This document shows, piece after piece, positions 62,001 to 64,000 of a DNA stretch of 64,000 nucleotides. Under the pieces are notes generated by a model. It worked only from the letters and a program-made list of their open reading frames with translations, had not been told where the DNA came from and did not search any database. Both the position numbers and the translations under genes were made by a program. The DNA is from Ylistrum balloti (lineage: Eukaryota). The stretch spans positions 310,001-374,000 of the forward strand of contig NW_026782057.1 of assembly GCF_031769215.1 (NCBI RefSeq), in the 5' to 3' direction. Within the stretch, counting starts at the first letter, position 1, and each line of letters starts with the position of its first letter.

Positions 62001-62663
62001 TATAAATTTACAGGAAATATAGAAAGGGAAGTCAAAAATAGAGAGTCAGTTGTGGAACCTAACCTTGACAATAGATTCTCATCACAAGAGAGTGGCCAAT
62101 CCAAGGATCCATTAGACCACTGCACAGAGGAGGTGTCAGGTTTAAGCTTAGAAGACTCGTCATTGGCACAAACAACAGTATCTCACCGTAACAACAGTCC
62201 CTCCAGCAGTCGGCAAAAAGAAATTAAACCTCCCCGTACTAGTGGTAATAACCAGACAGACAGAAAACAAAGGAGTATGAGTCGCTTGGGAAATTTGCAT
62301 AAACCAGCTAGCCCTTTAGAGGAGAAACAAAAGGATACTTCTCGACATGAGGGAATACAACGTACAGATATTAGTTCTGCAGGGAAGAACACTGAAGGTC
62401 AGCTAGGCAATGTAACGGGTATTCCACCTAAAGTCAAAACAACTGGCAAAAATAAGAAGGACCAGAAATATCTCCCAAACACATTTGTGCCAAACAGAAC
62501 ACTTCAGTTGAGGAGGGCTGGGAGTCTTAGTTCGCTCAGTGACAAAGACACAGGATCGGACACAGAATCTGTTAGTAGTCAAACTTCAAGGGGGACAACT
62601 CCAGGTAAAGCTCGCAAATCAACGATCCCACGGAGGTCAACAAGTAGGTCAGGTCACAGCTGA
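50048..62663 (+). CDS. Uncharacterised protein with N-terminal coiled coil and Ser/Thr/Lys-rich low-complexity C-terminus; 14 coding exons; 725 aa
   Basis: Hand-assembled exons: 50048-50182, 50953-51002, 51982-52081, 52243-52331, 52980-53094, 54762-54893, 55146-55364, 56152-56307, 57223-57311, 58210-58268, 58503-58594, 59248-59296, 61406-61648, 62014-62663. All introns are GT-AG and all phases are compatible; total 2178 nt with no internal stop. Begins MKSSVAGRLTMSSLLAPS...KAENNKLRKDLEDVRSLYNQL...FDERRITLLKSHIIQLERQ. Confidence 0.85.
51072..51465 (+). mobile_element. Intronic HINE-like element
   Basis: TTTTTAGGTCAC...TGACC start, two related ~140-bp monomers (GATGAAACTTGATCTGCA...TTACAGAGTTAT), and a weak terminal palindrome near 51445. 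Confidence 0.6.
52310..52525 (+). repeat. Degenerate tandem copies of the exon-4 end / 5' splice site
   Basis: TGGCTGGCAGACAAATGCAG|GTAATTCTTGATAG is echoed as TGGCTGGCTGACAAATATAG-GTAATTCCTGATAG, TGGCTGGAAGATAAG-GTAATGCCTGATAG and CTGGTTTAAAAATACAG-GTCATGCCTGATGG. Confidence 0.75.
53095..54612 (+). repeat. 39-bp minisatellite (~39 copies) starting at an intron donor
   Basis: Unit GTAGAGTTGTAAAGTAGACCACACAGAGTAGGTACAGAG; the first unit begins at the donor after exon 52980-53094. Confidence 0.97.
56285..57070 (+). repeat. 48-bp minisatellite spanning an exon-intron junction; two sub-arrays (~9 + ~5 units)
   Basis: Unit ATCATCACATGCTGTCCCAACAG|GTAACTTTCCTCCCTAGAACAATAG. About 80 bp of unique sequence lies at 56728-56808. 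The second sub-array has the variant ATCATCCCACTCTGTCCC. Confidence 0.97.
58751..58985. repeat. Degenerate ~25-bp tandem repeat
   Basis: Recurring TAAGACACT(A/T)TCAAA motif, about 8 times. Confidence 0.8.
59402..59639. mobile_element. PIF/Harbinger-like MITE, copy 3 (intronic)
   Basis: ~60-bp perfect TIR; flanked by CAG/CAG; right flank CAGGTCTTTT. Confidence 0.92.
60473..60763. repeat. Perfect 146-bp tandem duplication
   Basis: ACAATTTCTTTAAGCTG...TATATGGTAAT at 60473 and 60619; no mismatch seen by eye. Confidence 0.95.
61641..61830 (+). repeat. 75-bp (3 x ~25-bp) tandem repeat starting at an intron donor
   Basis: Units 61649-61723 and 61724-61798 each end in ATTCACAG, matching the exon end ATTCGCAG. 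They are followed by GTAAGT at 61799. Confidence 0.9.
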
Positions 62664-63780
62664 CCTCAAAAGTCCTTAGCATTATAGTGTTACATGTAAA
62701 AGTATAAATTGGGATGTCTATTTTGTACAATTTAGTACCAACTGAATGTTTTAGATGGCCTTTACTTTTAAAATGGAACCATGATTTACTCTGTTCACAA
62801 TATTTCATCTTCTTATCCTAAAAAGTAAAATCAAGCATTTGTCTCCCTTTTTCCTCAACCCCCCCCCCCCCCCTCCCCCTTCAATATGAGAGCTATCCCA
62901 GATATCAATAGAGAGGGGATTGGGAGCCAATATTAACATGATGGTTATACATGTACATGTATACACTGGTAATTACTGATTCTTGAAAAAAAAAAAGAAG
63001 AAATTTCATCACAGACAATTGGGATCTCAAAAACTTTATCCCAGCACTTCACTCCAGCTGAATGACTAGAATCACTCAAACATTTTCATTAAATAATCTA
63101 CATTGATAATAAGAATGACAGAATAATATTCATTTTTCTGTGTCTTTGCCAACAAACTCTAAGGCCCAAAATACTTTTTTTATCCGCTTGTTGTAATTTG
63201 ATTGCCAGATCTGAAACTTTTAAATACGTATTACAATGTACTTATATGTTACTTTAAATAGCAGTTGATCGTTGTGATTTTTTCGTTGCTTTGTTCTTAT
63301 TTTTCCATTGTTAATTTATTATCATTTTTTTTCTATTTAAAATTGAAGTTCGTAATATCTGATAGAAAAACAGTTAAGGACAGATACGATACCCTATGGT
63401 TTACTTATTTTTTAAAAAATCGTGAATGCAGTCTAGCTGATTAGTTGATTGTATATTAATCAAGTTATGACAAAACTGTAGTTTGGCTTTTTATTTGATA
63501 AAAATGTACCCATGGTATTTTTGTCAATTCATATTGGTTGATGTAACTTCAGTAATGATGCTAAGTTGTTGACATTCCATATGGAGAAGATTCTTTAGGT
63601 TTCTTTGTCAGTACCCAGAACAAAGTGTACCCATATATGTACTAAAGAATAAGTAAATGTATAGACAAAACTGGAGAATTTTCCATGAAACTAAATAACT
63701 GTTGCTTACTTGGTCGGTATTTTTCTCTTTGATGTCTGGAATTACTTGAATACTGTGACTGATTGAACATGAATTATATT

Positions 63781-63996
63781 TCAAAAATCATTCTGGATAC
63801 TCCAGGGGTTACACAAACTATCACTCTCTGTACCCCTGGAACCATCCTCCATACCCCAGGGGTTACGCCAATCATCGCTTTCTCCACTCCTAGAAACGTT
63901 ATCTGGCAAAATTGAAGGCAACTGAAGTAATTTGATTGGTCTAGAGCAGGTTTCAGGAGAAAAGAACAAACCAATCATGGTGTGACTGGTAAAGTA
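63781..63996 (-). CDS. Possible terminal exon of a convergent gene that starts outside the window
   Basis: Open frame YFTSHTMIGLFFSPE...DDWRNPWG...CNPWSIQNDF* follows a TAG at the window edge and has higher GC than its flanks. No homology recognised. Confidence 0.3.
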   Translation of the reverse strand, partial: YFTSHTMIGLFFSPETCSRPIKLLQLPSILPDNVSRSGESDDWRNPWGMEDGSRGTESDSLCNPWSIQNDF

Positions 63997-64000
63997 CTAG

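Overview
AT-rich, intron-containing animal DNA. A bivalve mollusc is my inference from the repeat families; it cannot be proven from sequence alone. The left 49 kb reads as a head-to-tail duplication of a two-gene cassette, all on the minus strand: copper amine oxidase A (743-5292), ZIP metal transporter A (26439-27488), copper amine oxidase B (28696-31671) and ZIP transporter B (48268-49326). Both paralog pairs are patchworks: each has a perfectly identical tract over its catalytic or metal-binding core (576 bp and 260 bp) inside clearly diverged sequence, which points to gene conversion. A collinear ~730-800 bp non-coding block also lies upstream of each amine oxidase. ZIP-B is head-to-head with an uncharacterised plus-strand gene that I assembled by hand (14 coding exons, 725 aa, 50048-62663). 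In four introns of that gene a tandem repeat begins at the 5' splice site and reiterates it; this is the most unusual signal in the window. The intergenic DNA holds LINE relics, two SINEs, a Gypsy integrase relic, three MITE families with identifiable TSDs, and Helentron-type (HINE) elements, one carrying a 145-bp satellite arranged as an 870-bp higher-order repeat. No rRNA, true tRNA or CRISPR array is supported. All alignments were done by eye; no database searches were run.
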